DNA of 64,000 nt from Eledone cirrhosa (GCA_964016885.1 OZ024751.1:43028001-43092000); one strand, 5' to 3'. Numbered from the stretch's first letter, positions 42,318-57,276 are shown. The notes: generated by a model from the sequence alone, not told the origin. Made by a program: numbers and translations.

Positions 42318-44453
42318 ACCCACAAAACATATTACTCTGATAAAGAAGATAGAAGTGGTTGCCGCCGGCTACAAATGTAAGTTTGTGAGCAATATTTTAA
42401 GTTGTAGTGCAAGCGACTTAAAAATAATCCTTTACTGAATACCAAATATTTATTGAATGCCAAATATTTACTTGGGTAGAGGAGAAATAGCAACCAAACC
42501 CTCCCTCAAAAAAAATATAAATCCTAGATTTTTCTTTCTCAAATCACACCTTACTGCCTCAAATAAAAGAAATCTGTATTGGATAATTTAGTCGTTGGTC
42601 CACATAAAAAAAAACAGAGTGGTCACGGCTAGAATGTCTTTGTTTATATGTCAGCGAAACAACAAATCTCCTCAAACTAACTTGTAAATGACTGAGAATT
42701 GTATAGCCATGTGTACCTTTAACGTAATTCTTGGGGAGATTCAGTTTGACAAAGTGTGTGACAAATATGGCCCTTTAAATTCCAAATGCAGTCTATCCAA
42801 CTGGTTTTCAAACATTTTCCCTCTAGCCAGTTTCATTCACAGGGCATGGATCAACCCGTAGCTATTGTAAAATATTACTTGCCTCTGAAGTTACTCAGTG
42901 GCACCGAATCCAGACCTTAATGATTTTTGAAAATATATCCACGTCCACTTATGAGGTGTATGTAAAGAACCAGCACAAGTAAACCCCTGCATCCACAGAG
43001 AAAAATCAAACATGCGCCAATAACCCACAAAACTCTTTCTACGCAGATACATCTACTCGGATTTACACCAACGTATTAAAAAAAAAAAGTCACATATAGA
43101 ACAACCCCACTCAAACATTCATATAATATAACACATAATACATTCTGACAAGCCTGTTTTCTCATCATGACAAACGTGTAATACTTATAGCCTCTATATT
43201 ATACACAAACATGAACCACAATCTATATTCATCCACTCAAAATTTGACCTTCTTACACGTCAAAAGCACAACCCTTCCCATAAAACTTCCCAAATTGACC
43301 TACATATTCATTTAATGTTAAAATTAACACCCGAACACATTCACAAATATTCAAATAGTCCCATTTTTTTTATTATCTCACTATCTTACAATCTATACAA
43401 GACATACTAGGAGTAACTCTGATTTAATTTTGTCTGCTATTCTTTAGAAGGGGCATAACTCAGTATTTATTTAATTTATTTTTTTATATTTTTTTCATTT
43501 CACAATCTTACAATGTAAACTATGTCCTAATTCAGCCATTTTCTATTAAGGTTTTATTTCATATTTCCAATTGAGTTCCTTGCGATCCGTCAGATGCGTA
43601 ACTTTTCTCGCTTATCAACATTTACCCTCCTTCGTTGGTTTCATTGCTGTTGTTGTTTAGACTTTATGATCAAAAACATTCCAGCCATGACCATTCCGTT
43701 TTCTGTTTGGCTATCAGGAAATGCGTAGGCCATTGCAACATTAAACATGTGATTTGAAGGGATTGCGGCTGCTACTTGTGGCAGATTTAACATTAATGTA
43801 GAAGTTGAATATTTAACAATATTCCTCGTTTCCACATACACTCATCATATTTTGAGGGAAATTTGACTGCTATTTTAGACAAGTAAAGCAGCCATGTAAA
43901 GAGGAGATTTTACAATGCTTTTCTTGTTTTCACACACTGTCGCCACATTTTGAAGTAAATTTGGCAGCCACTTTTCACAAGTAAAATAGCAATGGCGAAA
44001 CCGGAGGTTTACAATGTTTTTATTTTGTTTTTACACACAGTCATCATATTTTGAGGGTAATTTGGCTGCTATTTTTCACAAGTAAATCAGCCATGAAGAA
44101 GCTGGATGTTTTACGATGCTTTTTCTTGTTACCACACAAAGTCATCATAATTTTAGGGTAATTTGGCTGTTATTTCTGGCAGGTCTAACAACCATATAGA
44201 AGCCATATATTTTACAATGTTTTCCTTGTTTCCACACGCAGTCATCATATTGCATACCTTTAATGAATAGATTTATTTTATTTATTTGTGTGTTTGTGTT
44301 AATCCCTGCCGTGGGGATCACGTGTCAACACACGCTCCAATCCCTTAATGCTGTTTGTGTTTGGATACACAACAACAACAAACAAACAAACAAATACAAA
44401 TAATGAAAGCAATGAAAACAACCAAAAACAATGACAATATTAGTATACTCCTG

Positions 44454-44516
<63 letters not shown>

Positions 44517-44603
44517 TTACTACTACTACTACTGCTACCACTAATAAAAATTATAATAATTTTCTTCATAAAAATGAGGTTCGTTTCTTGCAATATACAT
44601 AAT

Positions 44604-44922
44604 AATTGTTTCTACTTTTGGCACAAGGCCAGCAATTACACCAGTGTATTACTGGTACTTTATTTTATCGACCCCGTAAGGATGAAAGGCAAAGTTAACC
44701 TCGGCGGGATTTGAACTTCCATAATAATGGTTTCTTATATAGGCACAAGGCTAACAATTTTGTGGGGAGGGAAAAGTCGATGAAATTTATTTTATCGACC
44801 CTATAAGGGTGAAAGGCAAAGTTAACCTCGGCAAGATTTGAACTCAGAACGCCAAGGGGCGTAACTCTATACCTCAGAAACATTTTGTCCGACACTCTAC
44901 CTATTCTGCGGCCAATCCGCCC
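44604..44922 (-). mobile_element. Two adjacent SINE copies
   Basis: Same central domain and B-box-like motif as other copies. Confidence 0.75.
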
Positions 44923-45949
44923 ATCGACCACCGTCCACCATCTTCATAATAGTGATATCATATCTGCCAGAGGTCTAAAATTACACGGGGGTGGCGAGCG
45001 GATATTGGTATCGGAGGAGATGGTGGTGGGGAGGGGGTAGTGTTGGCATTGGAGGAGATGGTGGTGGTGGTGTGGTGAATTGGTGATGGTGGTGGTGATG
45101 GTGATGGTGATGGTGATGGTGCAGTAGGTCATCATCAAAGACAGAAACAAATTAGATTGACCTGTTGTCATGAAGGTGTGTCTATTAGCTACGTGAGAAG
45201 AGTTAGGGGTTGGTGGAGGAGACTGGGGGAGAATGATGAAGAAGAAGAAGAAGAAGAAGAAGAAGAAGAAGAAGAAGAAGAAGAAGAAGAAGAAGAAGAA
45301 GAAGAAGAAGAAGAAGAAGAAGAAGAAGATTAACCCAGAATTAAACGAGAGGGGGAGACAGGTGATAAGATATACATAAACACATACACACACACAACCT
45401 CCCACACACACTCACATAAACACACGCATTCATACATACATGTATGTATGTGTATATATATATATATACATATATATATATACTGTAACTGAATCTTCTC
45501 AGTCAAGTAAATAGCAACATTATAGAGGTGCAGGTACATCAAACTTAACAACAAAAATATCAACAACAGCAACAACAACACCAACAACAGTAGCAACAAA
45601 AACAGTTTCAAAAACTAAAGCAACAGTGATAACAATATTAGGAGCCAAAATTGAAGTTAAATTTATCTAAGGATCTAAACCGGGTAGGTAGACATGTAAT
45701 GTATATTTGATTGAAATGTATATATACATATACATACATACATATACATACACAAATATACACGCACACACACACACACACCTGCGTTCACAGAGTGATA
45801 TTTTTAGTTTCAGAAGATCCAGTTAAGGGTGAAAGCAGCGATTCTTTGTTTAAATTTAATCTGTTATTTTAAATATTTGCTCTAGGGTTCTTATATATTT
45901 GATATATATTTATCCTTATCTCGAGCCCTCTTTGAATTTTAGTCTTCAC

Positions 45950-46004
<55 letters not shown>

Positions 46005-46084
46005 TAACGGATTAAAGTTTAAGCAAATAATCTATGCTTTCACCCTTAACGGGATCTTATATATTTGATATATAATATAAAAAT

Positions 46085-46131
46085 GGCTTCTACAGGACTA
46101 GAACTGTTTCATTCGGGGGAAATCATCAGGG
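46085..46131 (-). ncRNA. Hammerhead motif, family A (stem I degraded)
   Basis: GGCTTC TA CAG...CTG TTTC...TCATCAG on the + strand. Confidence 0.6.
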
Positions 46132-46528
46132 GCCTCTAGAATACACGAGACATCAAAGTCGTTACCTATCTAGAGGTAACCCTTTTATTTTGTATATTTC
46201 TGCTCTCTTCACGATTGAGCACTGTTTTCCGTTTTATCTTTTCACACCTACGGATATTGTTATATATATATATACGGTATATATATATATATATATATAT
46301 TGTTATACTTTGGGAGGGTCATGTTGCCAATAAGAAACACACGCACCAGTTGCTTTCACTTCAATTTATTATAATAAATTTATAAATTTAGGAATTTATA
46401 AATTTCTGGTTGGTTGGTTGGTTGCACAACCAGATGGTTGTTTATGTTTATATATATATATATATACATATTTATATATATATTTATATATACATATATG
46501 AGAATATTTTTCATTTATTAACATTTTG

Positions 46529-46600
<72 letters not shown>

Positions 46601-46815
46601 CAATTTCTGTCTATGATTACTCTCAAGAGCGTGAAACTAATAAACCTTTGTTCCTACTGTCTCTCTGTTTTGTTCCCGTTCCATTTTTCACTATATATAT
46701 ATATATATATATATATTTGGATTTTAGTCTTCAAATTTATTATTATTACTATATATATATATATATATTATTCAAAATGTTAATAAATGAAAAATATTCT
46801 CATAATCAAAATATA

Positions 46816-46878
46816 TATTTTATTATACATATTTCAAAGGTACAATGGTGTTTAAGTACGTTTTCATCAGACAAAATA
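46816..46878 (-). ncRNA. Hammerhead motif, family B-like
   Basis: TATTTTAT TA TACATA TTTC AAAGGTAC...GTACGTTT TCATCAG ACAAAATA. Confidence 0.65.
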
Positions 46879-47095
46879 TATGATTTGATATGTGACATAC
46901 CGCTACGGTTTTGATTATTCAATTCCAGTATTGGAATTTTGAATAATATTAAAAACTCCAGGAAAATCTCTTGTTGAGTGCTTCTAATCTATTTTAATAT
47001 TGTATTCGTTGAGTAATCAACGAACCATATTAATCTTTGGTTATATATATATCAATGATATTAATAAATGGAAACTATATTTATAAAACCATATT

Positions 47096-47158
47096 TATTC
47101 TATTATATATATATTTCAAGGATACCAAAACTTTGGTACGCGCTCATCAGATAAAATA
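47096..47158 (-). ncRNA. Hammerhead motif, family B-like
   Basis: TATTCTAT TATATATATA TTTC...TACCAAA...TTTGGTA...TCATCAG ATAAAATA. Confidence 0.6.
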
Positions 47159-47905
47159 CAGTGCTTGTTTTATAAACATTGACATATCCAAGAACGAGAC
47201 CTTAACGGTTCAAGTTTTACCTGGATAGTAAAAGGAAAAGGGGGAAGAAAAGAAAAAACAAATATTTCACATTATTAAGATGAATATGAAAATGAGGTTG
47301 AGGCATAGGGCTGAAAAAAACATTATTTTTAGACGCTCGATAGATTTAAATAATTATTAGGATATATATATGTATGTATAGGAAGAAGAAAGAAAGAGAA
47401 AGAAAGAAAAGTTTGTATTTACGTGAATTTAAAAAGATTGAAATGTTAAGAATTAACAGTTTGTTGGAGTGGTGGAATATGATTCCAGAATTTAAAAAAT
47501 ATTTAGCTGAATTATGAGTTATAATATTATATATACAATCAATTAGATTATATGAAGAATTATGGTTGTAAGTATATAAATAAAGTACCAGTAATGTACT
47601 GAGTAATTGCTGGCCTTGTACCAAAAGCAGAAACAATTATTAGACTATATGATTTAGTCAAAATGTTATAGCGAAGCTTCTGTTCCTATTTCAAATCTAA
47701 ACTATATATATATATAGGAACAAGTATGACCCCGACGGCAGAGCTCAAGCCGTTTCGACGGCTATTTCTGGACTGAAATAGCCGTCGAAACGGCTTGAGC
47801 TCTGCCGTCGGGGTCATACTTGTTCCTATTACCCACTCTACTACCCTAAGTATTGAATACTTTGGTGCGTTATGTTCCATCTGGTTCCTTACCACAATTC
47901 CTTCG

Positions 47906-47967
<62 letters not shown>

Positions 47968-47969
47968 GC

Positions 47970-48051
<82 letters not shown>

Positions 48052-48374
48052 CGTGTGTGTGAGGGGAGTGGGACGAAATATGTAACTATTTCTCTGAATG
48101 TGTCGAAGCGTGACTTATCAATTATGTGTGTATGTATTTATGTTTGACGATCTTTACATCTTTCATAGAATATCTTTCATACATATTTCATAGAAAAGGC
48201 AATAAAAACAAATAGAAATACTATGTATTCTATTTTGTCCTCTTTCATTTAATAACGATATAATAACTTTATTTCTTAATCTCGTCCACCAACAAACACT
48301 CACGCTTACCACTGTACATATGTACATATGTGTCTATGAACATGCATATATATGTAAACGCTATGAATCTTTGT

Positions 48375-48427
<53 letters not shown>

Positions 48428-48655
48428 CATGAGAAGAAAGAAGAATACTGCGTGGTTTGCACATGGGTTACATATGATAAAAATAGTCCTTCGTCAGTGA
48501 TTTTCCAACCATCATTGGTATTTCATCGCATTAAAAATCAGATACCTCAGGTTGGTGCGAGCAATAATCTAAAAAAAGTTATTGGGACCAGTAATCACGT
48601 AAAGCGAGGGGGACAAGTGAACAACATAGAAGGATAAAAACAAACCAAAGAAAGG

Positions 48656-48709
<54 letters not shown>

Positions 48710-48714
<5 letters not shown>

Positions 48715-50591
48715 GAAGGAAATGTGGTAAGCAACCAGATGGACCATAACGCACCAAAGTACTCAATACTTAGGGTAGTAGAGTGGGTAATAGGAACGAG
48801 TAGGACCCCGACGGCTGAGTTCAAGCCGTTTCGACGGCTAATTCTGGACTAAATGAACATTTTTATCCTGGTAAATGAATAGCCGAGCTTCTCAGGGGGT
48901 AATTCCATATATGGTAAAAGTGATTGTCACAAGGATTGGTCAAAAGTTTGTTGTTGAGACACATAATTCTATCATGGGATTTTGTGGGAAGAAGGGGTAG
49001 CTGAACTTGCCAGTAGAAGAAAGAGGGAGAGGGAGTGGAGGAAACCCAGTCGTGCGTTGAAAGTGACAACTACAGCAGAATCCTAAGGATAAGAGGTCAA
49101 GAGAAGTATACTAGAGAGGGGAAGGGGGAGGAAGTCGAAACATAAGTAAATCTATATGGAGTAAATATATAGAAAAATAAGAATGTTAAAAATATAAAAA
49201 AACACAATTTCTGGTTACTATTCCCCTACCACAATCATCAAATCTCTCACTGGTTCTGCTAAACTATAGAAAAATTTAATAGGTGGGACGGGATACTAAA
49301 TACGAGATTGTAGTGAAAGAATTTTATGAGTTAGTAGTAATCGGCCAAATCTTTCTTACGACAGGTCAACAAGTAGGGGGCCAAAATACTAAAAAAAACT
49401 AATATGAAATAATAATTCAGAGTCCCAAAACTAATACGAAATATTAATTCAGAATCCCGAAAATGAATACTAATACGATATATAAGAGTACCGCTACGAT
49501 ACATAAATTCTAATACAAACTACATAAATGCTCGTACGATATATATGAAAAATCTAATACGGAAAATTAATTCAGAATCACCCCCTAAAAGAAATAAATA
49601 AATACTGATATACGGGAAACTAAAGCAGAGATACCACTAAGAAATCTAGAAATTACGGAAATGGGGCAGCAATCAGATAAGAAAGCAAGTATCTGGGGTC
49701 TAGCACATCTGCTATAAAAGGCGGAGTCGGCCAATTCTATCATAGAATAGGGGGTGGAGGTGGAGGTACTGAGGCTACAGAGGACCGAAGGGCTGCCTCG
49801 GGGTGGGCGAGAAGGTGAAAAGAAGGACGACAAAGAAGGAGAACTGGGGTGGAAGGAGTAGGAAGGGATGGGGAGAAGAAGGAAATATAGAGGAAACGAT
49901 AAAAAATATATAAGAAAATCTTACGTCTACTTTGTAAGCAGGGGTTAGCCATTACAAAGTTGGCAAGTGGAGTGTTACAGCCCTTGTCTACCCTCGCCCC
50001 CCTGGGTCATTATGGGGTTTGAGGGCGAGGTAAGTCCTACGCAATCTGTGTTTGCATGCAGTTATCAGTTCGTCTTTCTTGTTTAGGAGTTGGTCCGTCG
50101 AAAACAGCATTTGTAATGTTTCCTCCGAGCATAAGTTACACGGACAGCGTCCTCCCGTGTAAGAGTTGGCTCTGGACAGTAAGCTCCAAGTGAGATTATA
50201 GGTTATATTGTTATCTTTGAGGTCCCAGATGTGGCCCGAAAGTGTAGTGGCGTGACGCTGGGCCGGGTTTCGGAAAGTATGTCTGTGTTGGTACAGCCAG
50301 GTCTTGAAGTCACAAGCGCTTAATCCTATATAAGCTTTGTTGGAAGTGTCCGTCCTCACGTTGCACTGGTAGATCACATTACGATCTCTGCATCTGTTGT
50401 CGAGGGGGCAAATGGATCCATCAGGACAGTTACACCTCCTGGTCGGCTCTCCACTGCTATCTAGGTTATTTCTTCCATAGGGGTTGAGTATTTTGTTGTT
50501 AGAGGAGACGATGTTTTGTGCAATCCTTGTGACAATCACTTTTACCATATATGGAATTACCCCCTGAGAAGCTCGGCTATTCATTTACCAG
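48710..50591 (-). mobile_element. 5'-truncated Penelope-like element with family H 3' end and inverted 5' fragment
   Basis: GIY-YIG ORF, about 1.2-kb 3' UTR, hammerhead-like motif 48805-48900, 3' end at (TA)n; 50521-50591 is the reverse complement of 48868-48938. Confidence 0.8.
49988..50520 (-). pseudogene. PLE Cys-rich linker + GIY-YIG endonuclease domain
   Basis: CNC..CPLDNRC, NVIYQC..AYIGLS..FKT, H..F, LSGHIW, CNLCSEE, LLNKKDE..CKHR. Confidence 0.85.
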
Positions 50592-50750
50592 CAAATACCC
50601 AGTACATTACTGGTACTTTATTTTATCGAGCCCGTAAGGATGAAAGGCAAAGTTAACCTCGGCGGGATTTGAACTCAGACTGTAAAGGGACGTAACTATG
50701 CTAGAAAGCATGGCGTCCAACCCTCTACCTATACTGCCAATTCACCGCCC
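50589..50750 (-). mobile_element. SINE copy
   Basis: Same family as 151-520. Confidence 0.75.
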
Positions 50751-50803
50751 TTGAACTAATACATATATGTAAACGAATTTTTGTCCTAATATATATGTGT
50801 GTG

Positions 50804-50835
<32 letters not shown>

Positions 50836-51052
50836 TACATGAAGAGTAGTTGAAAAGTTCATAGGCTGAAGAAATCATACCGTGACCAATATACGCTCAT
50901 GGAATGACCAAATGAGGTTTATTTTTCAACATAGTTCATAGAAAGAAACAATGCAGTGATTAAGAAGATTTGAAATTAAAGCATGCAAATGTTCACAGCT
51001 CTGGTATCACTCCTTCCTAGTCAGCTAATGGAGGTTTGAGCCTACCAACGTG

Positions 51053-51088
<36 letters not shown>

Positions 51089-51285
51089 AAAAAGTATGAC
51101 CCCGACGGCAGAGCTCAAGCCGTTTCGGAGGCTATTTCTGAGTCCAGAAATAGCCGCCGAAACGGCTTGAGCTCTGCCGTCGGGGTCGTACTTTTTCCTA
51201 TTTCCCACTCTACTACCCTAAGTCCCTAAGTATTGAGTACTCTGGTGCGTTATGGTCCATCTGGTTCCTTACCACAATTCCTTTG

Positions 51286-51345
<60 letters not shown>

Positions 51346-51427
51346 GCGTTGGTAGGCTCAAACCTTTTTTTATAATTATTTACATTATATACATTGGATG
51401 GATAGGTGTCCTCATCTTGTTTTGTTA

Positions 51428-51470
51428 ACACAACGTTCGTCTGATGTACTCTCCATCCTTCATCAGGTGT
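51428..51470 (-). ncRNA. Decayed hammerhead motif
   Basis: RC: ACAC-CTGATGA-...-GAA(one A missing)-CGTT-GTGT. Confidence 0.5.
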
Positions 51471-52251
51471 CCCAGTGATGTTATTATTAACGTTTGTTCA
51501 GGCCCCTGTCTAGAATTGTACTCGAAATCTTGAGGTTAGTAGCCCGCTTTTTAACTACTCTTTTTTTGTTTCTTTTCGTCGAGGGGATTTGTGGTTTTGG
51601 ATGTATCATCAGGATGTGGCTTGTCAACATAAGGATATGTATACTATCTATCCAATTGTAGGTTCTCTTCATATAAGAATTAATTTCTTTTGTGGGAGCG
51701 GTTAGAGAATGGCTATGTAAGTAGATATCTAATTTAGTGAATGTGTTTATGCATGTGTGTCTATGTACGCATCCGAGCGTATCTGCCTATTCAACTTGAG
51801 ACAGAATAATCGTTGGGAGGAGGTGGAATTATATTTATCGCATCTCCCTTACCATTCTCCGGGGAAACGCCTTCTCCATTCCGTCCGCCGGGTCTGTGGG
51901 GAGGCCATCAATGTGATTACTTAACCCTTTCATTACCATATTTCTATCGAGATATATTATAATGTGTGTTCCCCCAGGCATGGTTATCGCGACCCTCAGA
52001 CAACTGGTCGTCAGACCTAGCAGAAATGGCGACAGACTTAGCAGAACATCGCCTTAATCGAAAAATTGTCCAAGTGCACGGATTTGCAAAATGAATGTAT
52101 CTCAGTCGTCGGATCATGTGTGTGTGTGTGTGTGTGTGTGTGTGACAGCTCACACCTATGCAGGTTTAGCTGGCCTCCTTCAAGGTATATTTCGTTGGAG
52201 GTGTCTTGGGTGATTTAATGATAGGGACCCCAGTCCTATCATCTCATTTCT

Positions 52252-52386
52252 ACAGCTGAGTAAACTGGAGCAACGTCTAATAAAGTGTCTTGCTCAAGGA
52301 AACAACACATCACCCAGTCCGAGAATTGAACTCACAACCTTTCGATTGCAAGCCCAATGCTCTAACCACTAAGCCAAGCGCCTTCA
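52252..52386 (-). mobile_element. CORE-type tRNA-derived SINE; second copy 63378-63499
   Basis: RC: tRNA-like head then TCCTTGAGCAAGACACTTTA...GTTGCTCCAGTTTACTCAGCTG. Confidence 0.7.
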
Positions 52387-52643
52387 CCGTCGGATCCTGA
52401 CTCTTTACAATATAACTATACTCTACTACCCCAAGTATCAAGTACTCTGTTGAGTAATGGTCTAACTAGTTTCAAACTGGTGTGTGTGGAGGGATGAGTG
52501 CGTGTGGTGTGTGGTGTGTGTATGTGTGTGTGTGTATGTGGGTGGGGGGGGGGGGGGCAAAAGGTAAACAGAAATAATAAAACAAATGGCAGAGTACATG
52601 GAAGAAATATATTAGTTTTATGTTTGAAATAGCAGGAAGAGAG

Positions 52644-52679
52644 TCTTAACGTTTCGGACACTAATCCTTCATCAGAAGA
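52644..52679 (-). ncRNA. Minimal hammerhead motif, family C
   Basis: RC: TCTT-CTGATGA-aGGA ttagtg TCC-GAAA-CG-TT-AAGA. Confidence 0.7.
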
Positions 52680-52779
52680 TAGAATTAGAAATAAAAGATA
52701 AATAGAAAGTAAAGAGTAATGAGAGGAAGGAACGGGGGAAATGGAGGAGAAAAGAAGCACGTGCTTATTCAGCCGGTCA

Positions 52780-52864
52780 TCATGTGTGTGTGTGTGTGTG
52801 TGTGTATGCGTCTGTGCGTCTGTGTGTGTGTCTATGTGTGTGTGGGTGTGTCTGTGTGGGTGGC

Positions 52865-52899
<35 letters not shown>

Positions 52900-53651
52900 G
52901 TATGTGTGTGTGTATGTGTATGTATGTGTGTGTATGTTTCTGTGTGTCTGTGTGTGTGTGTCTGTGTGTCTGTGTGTCTGTGTGTATGTGTATGTATGTG
53001 TGTGTATGTGTCTGTGTGTGTCTCTGTGTGTCTGTGTGTCTGTGTGTATGTGTATGTATGTGTGTGTATGTGTCTGTGTGCGCGCCTGTGTGTCTGTGTC
53101 TGTGTGTGTGTGTGTGTCTGTGTGTCTGTGTGTTTGTGTGCATGTGTATGTATGTGTATGTATGTGTGTGTATGTATGTGTATGTATGTGTGTGTGTATG
53201 TGTATGTATGTGTGTGTATGCGCGCCTGTGTGTCTGTGTGTGTCTGTGTCTATGTATGTGTATCTGTGTGTATATATATATGTGTGTGTATGCGCGCCTG
53301 TGTGTCTGTGTGTCTGTGTGTGTCTGTGTCTATGTATGTGTATCTGTGTGTATATATATATGTGTGTGTGTGTATGTTAGTGAAATCTCCATGCCATTCT
53401 CTTGGCTAACCAAACATCTAACATGGTGGAAAATATATAAATTTATCTTCGTTTTCTTAAAACACTTTTTATCATTATTATCATAATTATATTGTTTTTC
53501 TTGTTATTCTGGTCGTCGTGGCTGCTATTATTGTTGCTGTTGTTGTTGTTGTTGTTGTTATTATTCTGGTCGTTGTAGCTGCCGTTGTTGTTGTTCTGGT
53601 CGTTGTTGTTGTTGTTCTGGCCGTTGTTGTTGTTGTTGTTGTTGTTGATGA

Positions 53652-53739
<88 letters not shown>

Positions 53740-53861
53740 ATTCTGGTCGTTGTTGTTGCTGTTGTTGTTGTTATTCTGGTCGTTGTTGTTGTTGTTGTTG
53801 TTGTTGATGATGTTGTTGTTGTTGTTGTTGTTATTCTGGTCGTTGTAGCTGCTGCTGCTGC

Positions 53862-53898
<37 letters not shown>

Positions 53899-54138
53899 AA
53901 TCTTGTCGTTCCAGTTGTATTTATTTCTTGTATTTGTCATTGCTGTTGTAGCTGTTGTTCTTGTTGTAGTTATTGTAGTGTAGCTGTTGTCGTTGTGGTT
54001 GTTGTTGTTGTGGTCGTTGTTGCTGTTATTGTCGTCGTTATTGCTGTTGTTGTTATTGTCGTCGGAGTTCTTGGTACATCCATTTCCTGAACTTACCATA
54101 AATATCCCCCCCCCCCCCCCCCCCCCCTCACACACACA

Positions 54139-54198
<60 letters not shown>

Positions 54199-54895
54199 AC
54201 ACCATCACATTTGATGTCATTTTGTCGCTCGCCGACAAATCATTCGGAGGGTTTCTGTCCTCTGTCTATAGATACACATAACCATACATACATACATATA
54301 TATACACATATATATATATACATAATATAAACATATATATACACATAACCATACATACATATATACATATATATACACATATATATACATACATATATAC
54401 ATATATATACACATATATATATATACATACATATATACATATATATACACATAACCATACATACATATATACATATATACATATATATACACATAACCAT
54501 ACATACATATATACATATATATACACACACATATATATATACATACATATATACATATATATAGACATATATACATAGATACATACATATATATATATAT
54601 ATAGATACATACATACAAACAAACATACATACATACATACATACATACATACATACATACATGATGATGGCTACCCCCTCGTTATCGAGTATGGCAATTG
54701 CACGCTATAACATTATTAATAATTATGAATTAAACTATCGTGCAATGCCTGTGCGTGAAGATTTTTCTTAAAGTGAGGAAATACTGTGCACTACATACAT
54801 ACATACACACATACATACATACATACATACATACACACATACATACACACATACATACATACATACATACATACATACATACATACATACATACA

Positions 54896-54929
<34 letters not shown>

Positions 54930-55330
54930 CGTATATACATACATATATTCATACATATATACATACATATATACATACATATATACATATATATACATAC
55001 ATACGTACATAAATACATACATAGATAAATACATACATACATAAATACATACATACGTACATACTCTCTATTGGCAAAAATTTGTGAAATTATAAAACCA
55101 GAAGAACATACATACATATATACATACATATATACATACATACATATATACATACATATATACATATATACATACATATATACATACGTACATATATACA
55201 TACATACATATATACATACATATATACATACATATATACATACATACATACATACATACATTCTTTTACAACCTTGCCACCAGGAAGGTGGCCGGTCAAA
55301 AAATATACTCAAAATTAAGAGAAAGAGAAA

Positions 55331-55363
<33 letters not shown>

Positions 55364-55719
55364 CATACATACATATATACATGCATATATACATACATAC
55401 ATATATACATACACACATACCAAATATACATACATACAAAATTTGCAAAACATTCTTGCGATTCAAGGGATGACAATTTCTTTTCTTTTACAACCTTGCC
55501 ACCAGGAAGGTGGCCGGTTAAAAATATACTCGAAATTAAGAGAAAGAAATAACATATATACATACATACATATATACATACATAAATGCATACATACATA
55601 GATACATACATATACACATACATACATACATACATACAGGGTGACTGCCAACTCGTTTTCGAGTACGGCCACTACCTTATATCCATGTAGTAGAAACCCC
55701 CACCTATGCGCTGTACGAG

Positions 55720-55751
<32 letters not shown>

Positions 55752-55788
55752 CATACATACATATATACATACATACATACATACATAC

Positions 55789-55819
<31 letters not shown>

Positions 55820-55829
55820 CATACATACA

Positions 55830-55860
<31 letters not shown>
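52780..55860. repeat. Large compound microsatellite field: (TG)n variants, (GTT)n, (TACA)n
   Basis: Direct reading. Confidence 0.95.
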
Positions 55861-55861
<1 letters not shown>

Positions 55862-55937
55862 AAATGTGTTCCTGGAACCCCACCCACCAAAAATTAGTCG
55901 AATAACTTATCTATAACATCCGTCAACTGACACACAA

Positions 55938-56016
<79 letters not shown>

Positions 56017-56917
56017 TATATTATATATATATATACACACACAATTACAATTACAGTTATATATGATCGATATCGGTTGCATATATTTAGTGTTACAGCA
56101 GTTAATGCTAATGTTTGCATGATCGATTGTCTACACATTGACTCCTTAACCCAAGCCTATCAGCCCCTTTCGAGCCCCTTTCGAGCCCCAGTGGATATGA
56201 CAGACCTGAAAACTCTTGGAAGTGAAACTATTTCTGTCATTGCTTAGTTTGTTTTGCAAGAGAAATAACTGTTTCTACTTTTGGCACAAGGCCAGCAAAT
56301 ACCCAGTGTATTACTGGTACTTTATTTTATCGACCCCGTAAGGATGAAAGGCAAAGTGCAAGAGAAATAACGCCATTTATTTATATTCGAGAACCTTTTG
56401 ATCAACTCCACTAGAATACGGAAAATTCTATATACGGAAAATATTCTATATACGGAAAATTGCGGAACACCAGAATGGCAGAATAAGGGAATGTCAGATT
56501 ATTGAAACATATATTCTACGTAATCTTATTATTATCGTGTCTACAAGAGTATCAACTACAAAACTTGGCTAGTTGTGGTTCCGCCACAGCTGAACACATT
56601 GCTGTCCTTGTTCATTAAACTCTGCCACGTCCAATACTGTTTACGTATTAAGAACGTAGTTATTGGAATAACATTTTCACAGATAAACAGAAACGTATGT
56701 ATGTCATTCCATGTTTTATTCTCCATTTCGCTTTGGCTCTTTTTTGTTATTATTTTGGTTCAAATTTGATTTTCAATTTACAGGAGAATACGTGCATTTG
56801 CACAGGTTTACATGTTCTTATACTAAATCTGTATAAAACTCTGTTATTTTTATCTAAAGACATTTTTTTCCAATTCCAACCCGCCCGTCGCCTCAATATA
56901 TCTTATTTCTCATTCTT

Positions 56918-56958
56918 TCTTCTGATGAAAGGAAGGACTAGCGTCCGAAACGTTAAGA
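56918..56958 (+). ncRNA. Hammerhead motif, family C (small insertion before stem II)
   Basis: TCTT-CTGATGA-aaggaa GGAC tagc GTCC-GAAA-CG-TT-AAGA. Confidence 0.6.
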
Positions 56959-57042
56959 CCCTCTTCCTGCTATATCAAGCGTTAACCTAATATATCCCTT
57001 CCATATATTGTACCGATTCTGTTGTTATTTCTGTTTACCTTT

Positions 57043-57084
<42 letters not shown>

Positions 57085-57276
57085 GTATAGGATTATCCGA
57101 GATGTAGTAATGGTTAATTACTACACTGGATATGGTTGACGTACGGTAAGAGGTTACTCTACGAGTTATGGAAGAATTGTTGAAGAAACTTAGTTCCTGA
57201 TCCTTCAGTATTCCGGAGTGTATATAAAGAATGAATAATAACAGGTAGACATCATAAAAAGGTAATTTATTCCGTG

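Noticed and set aside
50839-50990. Tc1/mariner-like end fragments (also near 32675 and 13010-13210)
   Set aside because: Only short TIR-like resemblance; no partner TIR or transposase seen
54662-55860. CRISPR-like repeat/spacer appearance
   Set aside because: Eukaryotic context, repeats are microsatellites of variable length, spacers irregular, no cas genes
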